Shown here one piece after another: positions 22,795 to 35,900 of a DNA stretch of 64,000 nt. Below the pieces are notes generated by a model that saw nothing but the letters and a program-made list of their open reading frames with translations, was not told where the DNA came from and ran no database searches. Made by a program: the position numbers and the translations under genes. How positions within the stretch are numbered: the stretch's first letter is position 1; each line of letters starts with the position of its first letter. This DNA comes from Minutocellus sp. GHC0000111 (taxonomy: Eukaryota), in contig OZ361256.1 of NCBI GenBank assembly GCA_977018835.1, positions 7,192,001 to 7,256,000 on the forward strand. Direction: 5' to 3'.

Positions 22795-23937
22795 ATGGCA
22801 AGTGAAACGAATAGCAGCCCAACATGCAATGGGGGAGACAGCAAGACTCCCTCCACCATTGCTCGAACTACCCCAAGCGGCAAGAAAGTGAGAGGCTACC
22901 GACCGATCGAATACATGCTACGGCATCCATCCTGCGTGACCAACAAACACCTTCGTCGATTGACTGGCGGTGGGACGGCATATCGTCGGCCGCTTTATGA
23001 TGCTACCTTTGCATCTGGTGGTGAGGCCAATGATGGTGCGGCATCGGCTGACACTAAAAATGGCGCAGTAGTAGAATGTTCGGCGAACAATGACCCTCCT
23101 CCAATGGAACCTTGGGCCGAAGAATTCATGCGACTCGTGCTGTATGATGAGCGCATGTCGAATGTGGCTTGCAAGGGAAAGAAACTCCGGAAGGACATTG
23201 TGGACGGCATTGCCATTATTGAGCGAGTTGAGCATATTCTTAGACGATTGCATGACAATGGCGACGTAACAACCGAGGCAAGAGACACAGGAAAAGACTT
23301 GCTTTTGTTCGATTTGTGTTCCGGAAAGTTTATCACTGGCATTATGTTGACTACTCGCTTTCCAGATGCAAAGATAATTGGCGTTGACATTCGTCCTCCA
23401 AATCCAAGTGAGCTGCACCTTCGGGAGGGGGCATTTCCAAATGTTGAGCGGCTCACTGGTTCGATCTATGAGGATGATGTCATCGAAAGTGCTATCAGCC
23501 AAACTCCAAAGAACGGAACGTGTATCGTAACAGCCACTCATCTGTGCTGTGACCTAAGTCGACTTGCATTGTCGTTTATTGAGCGATACCCCGATCAAAT
23601 CGCTGCGTCGGTTGTGGCCCCATGCTGTCTGATGCGACAAAAGAAGCCACCTAATTGGAATCCTGGCGAATTCAATGGCTTCACAACGACCCGGACAGCG
23701 CGCGAACGCGCTATTGACCCATTTGATCTGTGGATCGATCAACTATTCCAATACGCGCCCGTGAAAAGTCAGAACAAGGAAATTGTCTATGATCAGGAAA
23801 TGCTTTCAATAAAAAACCGATTCATTCATGCTTACACCAACATCACAATTGCGAGCGAGGAAAAGGGCGAAGAAAAGAAGGAAGACCAAGTTGAAGAACC
23901 TCTGTTGTGCCGAGAAATCGCGGGAATGGAAATCTAA
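22795..23937 (+). CDS. Class I SAM-dependent methyltransferase
   Basis: LFDLCSGK (motif I), IGVDIR, ATHLCCDLS and VAPCCL motifs. Confidence 0.75.
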   Translation: MASETNSSPTCNGGDSKTPSTIARTTPSGKKVRGYRPIEYMLRHPSCVTNKHLRRLTGGGTAYRRPLYDATFASGGEANDGAASADTKNGAVVECSANNDPPPMEPWAEEFMRLVLYDERMSNVACKGKKLRKDIVDGIAIIERVEHILRRLHDNGDVTTEARDTGKDLLLFDLCSGKFITGIMLTTRFPDAKIIGVDIRPPNPSELHLREGAFPNVERLTGSIYEDDVIESAISQTPKNGTCIVTATHLCCDLSRLALSFIERYPDQIAASVVAPCCLMRQKKPPNWNPGEFNGFTTTRTARERAIDPFDLWIDQLFQYAPVKSQNKEIVYDQEMLSIKNRFIHAYTNITIASEEKGEEKKEDQVEEPLLCREIAGMEI

Positions 23938-24215
23938 GCTACAGCAAGTAGTCATTTACTAGTAAATAAAAACAAAGGCGGTTCTTCAAACGCATGCTCT
24001 TTCTAAGTTAAGAAGCGAAACTCCGCGCCATCGTCCAATGGCAAGCAAATTCTAAACGAAAGTAATATATACCTTTTGATTGGTTCCAGGCTGCGAGGGC
24101 GTGCGTTGATTGAATTTTTGTCCACATGTAAAAATAACGAACAAAGTCATAACACTGATACGAAATTGGGTTGAGGCCGATTGCTTTGAGTGAAAGCACA
24201 ATAGTCGCAATCCCA

Positions 24216-27200
24216 CTATGCAAGTTTGATGCTGACAAGGGCGACATTCTTTACCGCCTTGGAGCATAACGGATGGAGAGTCCGTGTTGTGACACGAAAG
24301 GCTCCGGCTTGCGGATTGGCCTCAACCCGAACGAGACACCCAACATTGATATTATTTCCGTTCAAGTCCTTTGCCCCGGTGCGGAAAGTAGCAGCACCTG
24401 AGACTGTCCAGGGAGTCGGATCGCACCCCTGGCACCGTCCGAACTTCAAGCCATCAGTGATAATCTTGGCAATTCTTTGCATGTATTCTTCGTCAATCTT
24501 GGGGGCATTAGGAGGTGCCTTGACCACCTCTTGGCATTCCCTGTCTTGTCCCTCTAAACTCTTCCATCTCTGCATAAAAGCCCCAGGTTCCAGCGTCACC
24601 GGCTCCATAAAGCACGTAGCAACAATAGGAAGTCGGAGTGGATATTCATGTCGTACGCCCTCCTCCGTCTCAAAACTGATTCGCATAGCCGGAGCATCAT
24701 CAAAGGGTGCGGTCACCTCCACCATGAGCAAAAGCTTCGCCTGAGTGCGGACAGCAACAGTGCAGCCCGGTCCATCCTCATCAAAAAGCCCATCGGTGCC
24801 CTGCTTCTGCATACGAAGATGGTCACAGTCATCAATGTTGACCTTAAAGTTGTTGAGAGGAGCCGAACTGAGATTCCCAAAGAATACCGATATTCTGCCC
24901 TGCGATCCAACATATTCGTGCTTCACTCCAACCTGCAAAAGTGCATTCTCAAACAACACGCCCGAAGGTGAAGTACAAAGATTCGAAAAGGCCTTCCGCA
25001 TAGCCGGGATAACCTCCTTTGGTATACCAATGGGAGCAGCAGCCGGGGCGCCTTCTTCATTGTATGCCTCTCGCGGTGCTGCTTCTGTACACAGAAGAGT
25101 GGAAGAAATATAAGTAAGGTAAGTGGTGATCATGTGGTGATGAAGAGTAATTGCTTCCAACCGCATGACAAATCTGCCACTAGACACTCACCCTGATCAA
25201 CATGCGGTCCTTCTCCATTCATAGCCTCTTCCTGCTCTGCCTGGGCGGCAGCCTCCTCAGCTGCTCTCGCCGCAGCCGCAGCCTGGGCAGCTCTCTGCTG
25301 CTGCGCAGCGCTAGGTCGAGCCGCCTTGGTGACTGCCGCGCTGTCCTCTCCCTCCTTCTCCCGGAGGCGCTGCTCGAGCGCCGACATTCTCCGATCCTCA
25401 AACGGAGGCATTTCCCGCAGCAGATCCTCCACAGCCTCCGGACTGAAGGCCTCTCTCATGGCCGCATACTCCGACGAGCGCTGCTGAATCTCAACATCGA
25501 CCGAGTTCCTGCTCTTGGACAGGACGGGGGCAACAAGGGGACGGCACTCCTCGTACAGGTTCGCCAGCTTGGCATAGGTAGTAATGAGAAGAGCTCGGGT
25601 CTGACCATTGCAGTTGTGCCAGTGCTGATGCAGGACGCGGAACTGCTCCTCGCCGGACATGCCGGGCCGTTCAGCGATGAGGAAGCCGAACTCACCGAGG
25701 ACGTAGGCCGCCACCCGGATGGCTGTCTCGTGATAGCGGCGGGGGCTGATGGCAACAAGAAGGGTGGCTGCTGCATATCCCTGCAGGTCGCCCTGGGGAT
25801 GGTTGGTAACAATCTGGACGACGCGGTGCCAGATGGGGTCGGAAACGTGATCGCCGGAGATGGAGATGAGCTTCAAGATGGTATCGACGTACCAGCGGAG
25901 GTCGGTGGCATACTTCTCGGCAAGAATGGCAATCTTGAGGACCATCTCCTCCCGGATGGCGGCGTCGGCCAGAGCGAGGTGGGCGACGAGCTCGTCGACG
26001 ATGCGCTCGGCATTGTCGGTATCGCACATAACGAAGAGGAGGTGAAGGGCACGACGACGGACGGAGATGTCGGCATCCTTGAGGGAAACCAGGACGGTGG
26101 CCTGGTGCTTCTTGACACCCTCGGCGGATCCCTCGATCTGGGCCAGGCGGGCCATGGTCATGAGGCCAAGGTAGCGGATGTTGGGCTCCCGGACCGAGAT
26201 GAACTTGCCGAGCAGCTTCATGGCCCCATCGCGGAGCTGGACGGGTCCGGCGGGACCCCAGCAAACGATGAGATTGACGGCCTCGAAGAGGATGGCATGG
26301 TCGGCGTTGGACTTGTTGATGGAGTCGGAAACGTCGGTCTCGGTAAGGATCTTGGAAACGACGGAGGTGAGCTGCGACACGTAGGGCTTGGCAGCACCCC
26401 CACCGCCGTTGGCGGAGCCGTTGGCACCGTCGGGGCTGATGGCGTGAGGATACAGCTGGAGGAATTTGAGCAGCTTCATCTGCAACCACGGACTGGAAGT
26501 GCGGTAGTACAGGTATTCCCTGGCACAGGCCTTCTTCAGGACGAGCATGCCAAGGATGTGCACCACGTACGGGATTAGGGTTTCATACTCGGCGGTGTGC
26601 TGACCGGCGAGGCCGTTGAGGAGGGACATGGTCGAAGTGAGCACACCGAGGTGACGGTCCTGCAGCAGCTGGGCGACGTGGGGGGCAAATTCCCGCCCGG
26701 CCACGAGGTTGGGACTGGTCCGAACGAGTCGGAGGAGGCAGAGGGCGGCCTTCTTCCGGACGCACGGCGTGGACGATTTCGACAGGAGGATGTGCTGGAC
26801 CTCCACGTGCAGACTTTGGATGAGCTCCAGCCCGGAGATGTTGGCAATGGAGCAAAGCGCGAGGGCCTGGGCGACGTCGGCCGTTGCCTCGTCCTTCTTC
26901 TTGGTCGAGGGGCTGAGGGGACTCAGGTCCTGCTTGATGGTGGACAGGATGGACCCGATGGCCGGATCTCCGCCCCGCAGCAGGAGACTCAGGGCGACGT
27001 AGCCGACCTGCTTCTCGGAGTACTTGGACGACCGGACCAGCGCCAGGACCTCCGAGTGGCCAAAGTCGACCTCGTAGCCCAGGACGTGTATGTACACGAG
27101 CTTCCAAACGTACTTCTTGCGCTGATAGCTGGACAGCGTCGGGTTGGATCCGTCGGCATTGAGCTTGGACGGTCCGCCGGCAGTGAACTTCTTGCGGATG

Positions 27201-27301
27201 TTCGCCAGCTCCTTCTCGACGCGCTTGATCTCCTCGTCCTTGGACTTGGCATTGCGCAGGTCCAAGATGAAGTTCTGCAATCCCCTCGCCTGAGACGCCA
27301 T
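24216..27301 (-). CDS. AP2A: AP-2 complex subunit alpha (alpha-adaptin), 2 exons (intron 25191-25085)
   Basis: MASQARGLQNFILDLRNAKSKDEEIKRVEKELANIR, YQRKKYVWKLVYI, KYSEKQVGY, REPNIRYLGL, DVEIQQR, plus the appendage domain in exon 2. The splice keeps frame. Confidence 0.95.
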
Positions 27302-27951
27302 GGTTGGGATGCTTTAGCTTTGGGGGTGGGTATGTGTTGGGTGTGTATTTGGCGTGATTCCGCAAAAACAAATGCTGACCGCCGTTAATCAAATATGGCA
27401 CAAGATGTGTTGGAAATGTGCTTCACCGATATATGCGGCGAGGATACGTCCAGAAACGAAACGCAATTTAAAATACCCCCCTTGCACCGTTAAGCCTTGG
27501 TGAGTTGGAGGGGTGGTTTCGGTATCTGACTTCCTATTGCCGTCTTTGTCCGGGAATCGGGGAGAGCACGGAGCGAACTCGTGCGGTTCGTCTCCGGGAC
27601 TTGTCAAAGGGATCGGCTCTTGAAAGAGAGCACAAGGGCAAATGCACCGGAAATTCAGCGGTGGTATCCGGACTAAAATGCACGGTCCTTCACACCCTGC
27701 CTATATATAGCAGTGCAATTGAAGTGCGTCTTGGGTGGGGGGTGGCGGTGAAGCAATGCAACGGAAGCTGGTGGGAGATACGGTCGTTTCCACGCTGATG
27801 ACGAGATGATCTCCGTTGAAAATTATCGCAGATTAGCCTTGCCGGCTCATCTTTTCGGACTTACGTAGTTCCGAAACTATTGCCAAACAGCACGTACGTA
27901 CGTAGCGTAGTACCGTAGCAAAACTCCATCGCATCTCACAGCCAAGCAAAA

Positions 27952-29508
27952 ATGACGGACCAACACGAAGAAGCAACCGATGCCACCGATGGCGAGCCTT
28001 CCGGCTACACGCCCCTCGACGAACTGCAGGGGCCGTCGGTGGAATCCTCCGTCCTGATGGCATCTTCGACCAGCGCCAGCACAGATACTCCAGAGGAAGC
28101 AGGACCAGCCGCAGCAACCTTCATTCTTGCCCCCTCCACGGGCAAGGACGACGTGGAACCGGAGGGTTGGTCGGATTACAGCGATGACGACCATTACGAA
28201 GCCAAACCGCCGATGGGAGGAGAGGGGGCCTTCTTCGCCGACATGTCTGCTTTCCCCCATCCCGACAAGGAGGAGGACGTACCGAGTGGTTATGCTCCAC
28301 TCAGCATGAGTGGGGGACCGGATGATGGTGATGGTGATGATGATGATGACAATGGCGACAACGCAAAAGCAGAAGAAGAAGAATTCGACTTTCGGGCCAT
28401 TGCTGATCAGGCCCTGCGGGCGCTGGATGATGAATATCTGAGCACGGTGCAAATGCAGCAGGAGCAAGAAGTACCAGCCGTCGCTGATGACGTCAATATT
28501 GTAGATGACAATAATAATGAAGAGGAGGAAGAAGAAGAAGAAGTACATGATCAAGCAGACTCAACGGCAGATGCAGACGAAGCAACGCGATTGCCCAGCC
28601 AAGCAAAGGAACTTCCACCAATTGATAACGATGCGGTGCGAAAAGCCATGGAGGCGATGAGGTTGAAATCTCCAAATCTGGCAAACACACTTGATGCAGG
28701 TGCTGAGCAACGTCTCGATGCCAAGTATCGCCTTTCGTTGGCCCCATCATTGGTGCCCGATGTCCATGGAATTATTCCGCCGGCTCCACTCAAAGCATTC
28801 CGAAAAATGACGGCCAAGGCGGTAGCGGCAAGTGCCAATCTAAGTCGAAGTGCGACGATATCTGAGGCAATTGTAAGATGTTTGCCCCATCTGCTTCTTC
28901 CGAACCAGGATAATGAACAAAAGGAGTCGAATCTCGTCATTCACATCATTGGGTCAGATCATGTAGAATGTCAGTCCGAGGAGACAGTGCAAGCAGCTGT
29001 GGGACCCCTTTTGCGATGGATCGAATCGGCCTGCTCGTCCAACGTATCTAGTATTGAGATTGAGCTGTCGGGTCCCAATGTTCCAGTAGCCGCGGAACGG
29101 CGTTGAGTGACAGATTTGTCCTCCACATCCAACGGTGGTTTGCAAAGCGCAACAGCACGATGTGTCAATTGTGTCTATCACGACTATTTGCAGAGCAAAG
29201 AATGCAAAACTCCGGACTTGGCCATTGCTTATGATGCCGGCATATGGGGCTATGATGAATGGAGGCCAACTTTGGAGGCCATGTGCAATCATGACTCGGC
29301 AATTTCTGGCTATACTGTTCAGGAAGTGGAAGATGATGCCGAGGTGGTAACAGAGGTTGCAGCCAACGGCAAAGCGTGTTGTCTTTGGTCACCTGAGATA
29401 AATCCATTTGGATCACGCAAGAAGAGGGAAACCTCATCAGCCGCTCGTGGTAGAGAGTATCGTGAGAATGGTGCCTGGCAGGCATGGAGACTTGGCGGTA
29501 CTGGTTAG
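27952..29508 (+). pseudogene. Acidic N-terminus plus MSS51-C-like domain, interrupted by a nonsense codon
   Basis: VIHIIG..E..LSGP..YHDY..PDLAIAYDAGIWGYDEW..NPF motifs. In-frame TGA at 29104-29106 with the frame continuing to 29508. Confidence 0.6.
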
Positions 29509-29705
29509 TATAATAATAGATGGGTATCGTAAAAGATTGTCTAAAGAGTGTCTAAATTTAGCAGATCTTGGCGATGCCGAAAGTCGGCGATGCAAACACG
29601 CTGCAACAGTACTAGACTTGCTTTGTAGTAGGCGATTGATAAGTGCAAACAAAAGATAAATTTATATACGTGTGGCCCTCTATTGATTGTCAATGCGAGG
29701 CACTT

Positions 29706-30793
29706 TTACACGATTTCTGTTTCCGGTTTTTCATCACCGGCCTCGCTATTTTCGCCGCCTTTATTTTTCTCGTTCTTTTCGCTTTCATCTGCATCGGCAT
29801 CGGCATCTTGCGCCTCATCTTTACTGGCATCCGCTTCGTCGTCTGCTGATTGAGGCGCCGCCTCGCTATCCGGCTCGTCATCTTTTGACTTTTCGGTCGC
29901 AACGATTTCTGCCTCCATTCTCAAGTCATCATCATTAAGGTCTCGACCTGTAATCTCATCCATACCATCTCCCTGGGACATGAGCCACCATGATGGATTG
30001 CACACCGGAATTCCTTGGACGACATAGGCTCGGTATATTGACGAGAGACCGTAAATTAGACTTCCAATTGCACAAGTAAACGCCACAAATGGATCGAGCC
30101 ACCATGCCTGGCTTTGTCCCATAATGATGAGTGTATTGATAAAGAGTGAACCACTGAGAACAGTTCCGATCAAGGAGCAAACCGCGTCTTTCTTCAATGA
30201 AGCCGATTGCAACTTTTTGCCCATGTGCATCTTGACGATGGTCATGCATCCAAATACAATGACGGACACGATCGAGACGATGGAAATGATTCGGAGATTG
30301 GCCTTGGTTTCCTGGTGGGCGAAATCTTCCAATGCTGCGATCAGCACGGCCAGACCAAGCAGAGCAAGGATGAACGAAATGGCGACACTGGCTCTCTTTT
30401 CTCTCTTCATGAGGAGTGCTTCTCTATCTGGGTCCTTGTGGGGGAGATAAAATCTCCACATCACCACAATGGAAGAGAGGAAATCGACCAGATTCTCGAG
30501 GCCATAACACAGAATGAGCGAGCTTCCTGTCAACTGAGTTTTTACAGAGAGAAGAGCATAAGGTGGGATTGAATAAGCTAAGGTGAGTGGTGCCTTCATC
30601 AAACAAACAGCAATGTATTTATTTTGCCCAGCACATCACTTCTCGAGAGCATTGAGGAAGACCTCGCTGAACAACCTTAACTTACACCAAATGCGACGCA
30701 ACCACCTATGCCCGCCGCTGCAGTAAATACCACACTGACAATGCTGAGCCGAAAGGCATCGATTGTTTGCGGGGACGACCAAAAGCGCAGCAT
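29706..30793 (-). CDS. TMEM163: TMEM163-like cation-efflux (CDF-related) transporter, 2 exons (30793-30686, 30533-29706)
   Basis: ATG 30793 (MLRFWSSP). GTAAGT donor at 30685, CAG acceptor at 30534. ENLVDFLSSIVVMWRF, REKRASV, SLKKDAVCS and WWLDP motifs; about 6 TM segments. Confidence 0.8.
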
Positions 30794-31116
30794 GGTTGAG
30801 GTCTAAATGATGCAGCAGCGCATTTGCCGATGAGCCAAGAGCCGAGGAGTTCCGTCGTTCCGGCACCAAAAGGGCCTTAGACATTACTTTCCAAATTGAA
30901 GTCACCGCGCAATCAGGGGCGGGTTCGCAGGCCAGGGTTCGCTTGCACGCACTGACAGGAGCGGAGCGGAGCGGAGGTTTCAACCAAAGAGAACTTCGGA
31001 GCAATCACGCGAAAATAACTATCAACAGAGCAGCAAAGCGAAAAGTAGAATCAAGCAGTAACCAAGCGATACCAGTTACACAAAGCAAACAAACACCAGT
31101 AGTCAACGAACAATAG

Positions 31117-32685
31117 ATGGACTCGTCGTCAAATCAGCAGAGTCGATCCCAGCAGATGAGAAGTATGGGCAGTCGAGGGGGGCGAAAGGTTGGCGTCGCT
31201 CCACCTATGCCTTCAAGGCCAACGTCCTTACCTGTAGATGATGACGACACGACTACCATTGAAAATTTATGGCTCTAGCACCACCACACCGCCACAGGCA
31301 AAAGAGAAAAACGGGGGCAGCCGAAGATCGAACAGTAGTGAGAGGCCAACTCATACCATCTTTGCCATGATGGTGGCCATCCTCATTATCGTCGGGTTGA
31401 TTGTTGTGGTTGTGCTCGGGGCAACGGGAAATTTAGGATCGGGCGACAATAACAACGAGACCAATAATATCGACCCAAAGACTTTCGAAGGAACCGAAGA
31501 CTGTTCTGTCATGAAAATATTGCCAGAAGACAGCAGTGATGGCTTACACTTTGGCAGTACCGTCGCCATCCAGGATGACACAGCTGTGATCGGGGCGTAC
31601 GATGATGATACGGGAGTGGGGTCGGTCTACGTGTTTGAAAGAGAGAATAAGAAGAAGTGGAAACAAGAGGCGAGCTTTTCCCTCGGTCAGGGCAGTGTCG
31701 GTGATCCTGGCGAATTGTTTGGGTCCAGCCTCGCGCTAGATGGCGATACATTCGTCGTAGGGAAGCCCAACGATGATAGAGATGGCGACTGGAGTGGGTC
31801 AGCCCTTGTCTTCAGACATACCTCCGACGAGAAGTTTCCTTGGCAGCTGGAAGGCATGCTTCGTCCATGGCAGCAAGAGGAGCGAGACTACTTCGGCCAA
31901 AGCATCGATTTACGTTCAGATACGGTCATAGTGGGCGCAACCTGTAACGTCGTCGGCGTCAATAGTGGAGCTGCCTTTGTCTTCAGAAGATATCCTGGTT
32001 CGTCTTTCTGGTCGCAGGAAGCCAAGCTTTTGCCTGGAGAAGACGGCGAAGATGGATCATCTAACGATGAGTTTGGACGTAGCGTTGCCTTGAGTGATGA
32101 CGGTAATGTAGCATTCGTTGGCTCGATGCTGATGGTCGAAATCAAAGCATGGGCAGTGTCTACATCTTCCGTAGAACGGCAATGGGGATTTGGGAACAAG
32201 AGGCTCGTCTTTTGCCTCCATATGGCCGAGTCGATACTACCTTTGGAAAATCAATAGCAGTTGATGGCGAATTCGTTGTGGTGGGAGCACCCGGGAGCCC
32301 ATGGGAGCCACACAGCGTCGGCGCTGCATAAATTTATCAGCAGCAACATGATCAGAGTTGGAATTTATATGGGATTCTCCGATCCATCTACGCTGATGTT
32401 GGCCATTCTTTTGGGGAACATGTTGCAATAGCAGATGGTGCTATTGTTGTGTCATCTCGGGCTGATGGGACTGTGGCGGCGAGCCTGAGCATTTTTCTAC
32501 ATGATGGATATCATTGGGTGCTCCACGATGTCATACAACCAGATCCATCGCATGTTAGTGGAATTGGCTTTGCCTCTAGTATTTCCACCGATGGTGAAGC
32601 TTTGCTGGTGGGAGCGAGAAAGGCGGATACTGAAGAAAAGATTGACAAAGGGGTGGCATACTTATTTGGTTGCAATTCTTCGTGA
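31117..32685 (+). pseudogene. Type II membrane protein with FG-GAP beta-propeller repeats, disrupted
   Basis: TM segment, then FGSTVAI..IGAY, FGSSLAL..VGKP, FGQSIDL..VGA, FGRSVAL and FGKSIAV..VGAP. Frameshifts near 31250 and 32125; in-frame TAA at 32329-32331. Confidence 0.8.
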
Positions 32686-32922
32686 ACAAAATACATCTCA
32701 AAGGGTTTCCTTTGTTTTATTAGAGTTTTGAGAGCATAATAAACTTGTCAAAAGCTATCGTCCTGGGGCATTTGGATAGCAAAATTATTTTGCACGCCTG
32801 ATTTGGTTTCCGTATGTTTAGAGTCTTAAGTAAATAGTGCCTTCTATTAGTTTTTATTTGAGATGTGAACGTCGAGTTTACAGATGCTAACCTACGACGT
32901 ACCAATGTTGGTGCCTACGCAA

Positions 32923-35900
32923 TTAAGCTCCAACTGGACTTGCGATTGCTGCGCCGGGTGTGCCAAGAACGGGGAACACTGCCGTCTTGGAGTCATCCAG
33001 CAGGACCTGTCGAATCATTGCATCGTATGTATGCCGCCGTTTAATTCTGCCTCCGCCGCGTTTGAATCGTTTCCACATTGCCTGAAGTACCTTCTGACTG
33101 GCTCTGGCGACGTTCAGCATTTCCTCTCTGTCATTTTCAAGGCGAATAAGGAGAAGTTCAATGTTACTCAACTGCATGAAGTGGGCTTCATCAGGAAAGT
33201 CTCTGCCAAGATGAAATCTTTCCAATTTTCCGGACAATGATTCAATAGGACTCCAGCCCCCTGCCTCACTAATGGCTTCCGCAACTCCAGGCCAACGGAG
33301 AAGAGCTAGGATGAATTTGGCTGCCCTCGCTGCTGAGAGACATGTATGAGCGATGTGGATATCGTTCAGTATGCCTTCTACGTCCATTTCACCCACGGCC
33401 TTGTCTCTTGATCTACTGTCGAGGCACCGCTGAGATTCTTGGCTCAAAGCAAATGTTGGAAAAGTGCTCTCGATTGAGGTAAGAGCTCCTTGAATTTCCT
33501 CTATCATATCATAATAGGCGTGTGTGCGCTGCAGTGCAAGGTTGAAGACGTGTGAAATTGGTCGATCCCAAAGTGGGGCTGGTCCGTCGCTCCCATCGGC
33601 ACTTGTTTGGATACCCTCGGGAGAACGGAGAAAGACTTTTTGATACGTCTTGGCCCGGCATTCGCTCAAGTCGTGAGGCTGATACTTCTTTGATGGCAAG
33701 GTGAAGAACATTGGTACTGGGTCAAATAATCTTCGGAGATGAAATCTCACAGCGAATCCAATGTGTGTGCTAAAATTGTTTCTCAGGGGAGACAGTGATG
33801 TCATGCTTGCGTCGACCTCTCCATGGTGGTTTGTTTCGATCTTATCTCCTCCCGAAGAGGCAATCAGCGCCTCTAACTCGGCACGGTAGATCTCTGAGGC
33901 CTGAATGAAGCGCGCAGCGGGCCATGGCCTTCCGTTGTCGTCGGGCATGGTCTTAAATGTGTACAAATAGAATGTTTGATAGATTCAAGAAGAAAGATGA
34001 GAGATACAAGTAACAAAGCCAATACAAAGTTTAAAAAAGAATAGGATCGAATCTACGCTCTCACCTTGGCGCAGGCCTCTCGAATAGTGTCTCCTTCTGA
34101 TGGGGTTGTCATTGCATACAAGACAAGTAAGAGCTTTGCCTTTTCGCTGGTATGAGCACTTGCATTTGAGGAACCAGAACTCAGTGCTTCTATTTCCTCC
34201 ACGACATTCTCAAGAGCATCGATGCTGTATTCAAGCTGCTCGTTGCTCCCGACAATCATGTCAACAGGAGAAGTGATGGCAGAAAAGTCAAATGAGCAGA
34301 AACGAAGACGCTTTCTCCGGGAATCGATGGGATCATTTACAACATCCTGCATTGCTCTCTTTTCAACAGCCAATTCAGCATCCACGGCGGCCTTCATGTA
34401 CGGGAGCATTGTCTTGAGGTATCCCTTAAGGCTCTCGCTGTGTCCATGTTTTCCTCGGTGTTAGATTCATTGTCAATCATCTCATCTACCATCAGTGAGG
34501 AGCACGCAAAGACCCGTGCAGCAGAGCAAGCCTGTGCCAAATATGTTGAAAAGATGGAAAAGCGACACGCAAAATAGTGAGACGCAGTCGTCAAAGTCGA
34601 GAAAGATGATGCAGCCCTCACCGAGCAACTCAATCCCAATCAGAACGCAGCAACTCACCCTTCTTTCGATTCCTTGGCCAAACAGATGGATGCACCGGCT
34701 AGTAATAGCTAAAGGCGTCGGTGCCTCTGCTCGCATGGCAGGTGATGCCCACAAAGCGTTCGTGAAGGACTTCATATCAGTACTGCTCCCTCGTGAAGAT
34801 CGAAGAGACTGGGAGGCAGCTTTCTTCTGTTTCTGAAGCGAGCGAGCATAAGCGCTAAGGGCCTTTTCGTGGGCACCTATGTCGCAATACACCACACCGA
34901 TGCAATGCAGCGTATGTGCTGTGTCCTCATGGTCTTCGCCGAAACAATCCTGCCGAATGCTTAATCCCTCTTTGTAGGCTTGAAGGGCCAACTCAAATTC
35001 GCCTCGCTGTCGTCTCAATAGTCGCAGTTCATGAAGACTGCTCGCATATTTAGCCTTGGCAGATTTCTTTTTATCAGCGCTGTCGTGAAGTGTTAAGAGA
35101 CGCTTCCACAAGTCGATTGATTCATGAAATGCATCTAAAGAACGATCGTCCTCTCTTGAATCACGATATGCAACTCCTAAAAAGTGGAGAACAACGGCAA
35201 CCTCCACGGAATCGCTGCCAAATAACAGTTTACGTAGCTCGAGCGTTTCAGTAAAGAAGTTGATTGCCGTCTTGGCCTCTTTGCCTTTGATGTACATAAT
35301 GCCAACACTCTGCAGACCGTCAGCATAACGTCGATGTTCTTTTCCATACTGTGATTCGATGGATACAAGACACTTGGTGTGGGCGTCCAATGCAGAGGTA
35401 ACGTCACCTTGCAGAAAATAAGCCTCCCCAAGCGATTGAAGAGCCCGCATAATATCGAGTTCGATTGACTTGTATCCACGGCGAGCACTTTGGGCGTAAT
35501 AGAGAGACTCGGTAAAATTCTTTATTGACTCTCCAACATCGCCCTTTGCTTTATGGATTTCTCCCATCTGATACAGAGCTCGCTCAAGTAGGCGATAAAC
35601 CACGTTCCGACTCTTTCTATCGTAGCTGAGAATAATGTGACACAAATTAATGCTTTCCTGAAACATAATGAAAGCCTCGTTAGCCCATTGGTGAGACACA
35701 AGCGATGTGCCAAGGAGATAAAGAGCGGCCGCCGCTTTGACAAAGTCCTCGATGTATATACCGGGAACCTGAGAAAGATGCGTTGAAATGCGCTCGAAGG
35801 AATTGATGAGTGAAAGTTTCGCTGATGCCATCACAACACTTTTACCGCTCAAGGTCACAATCTCGCCCCTTTCTTTCAAAGTTTGAATGAGGCGCCCAGT

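Noticed and set aside
25202..27401. Long antisense and alternate-frame ORFs over AP2A (also 1996-2931 over the BSD gene)
   Set aside because: Shadow ORFs expected from GC3-rich codon usage; no recognisable motifs.
29706..30602. TMEM163 as a 5'-truncated gene
   Set aside because: A 108-nt first exon (30793-30686) with a canonical donor restores a complete frame.
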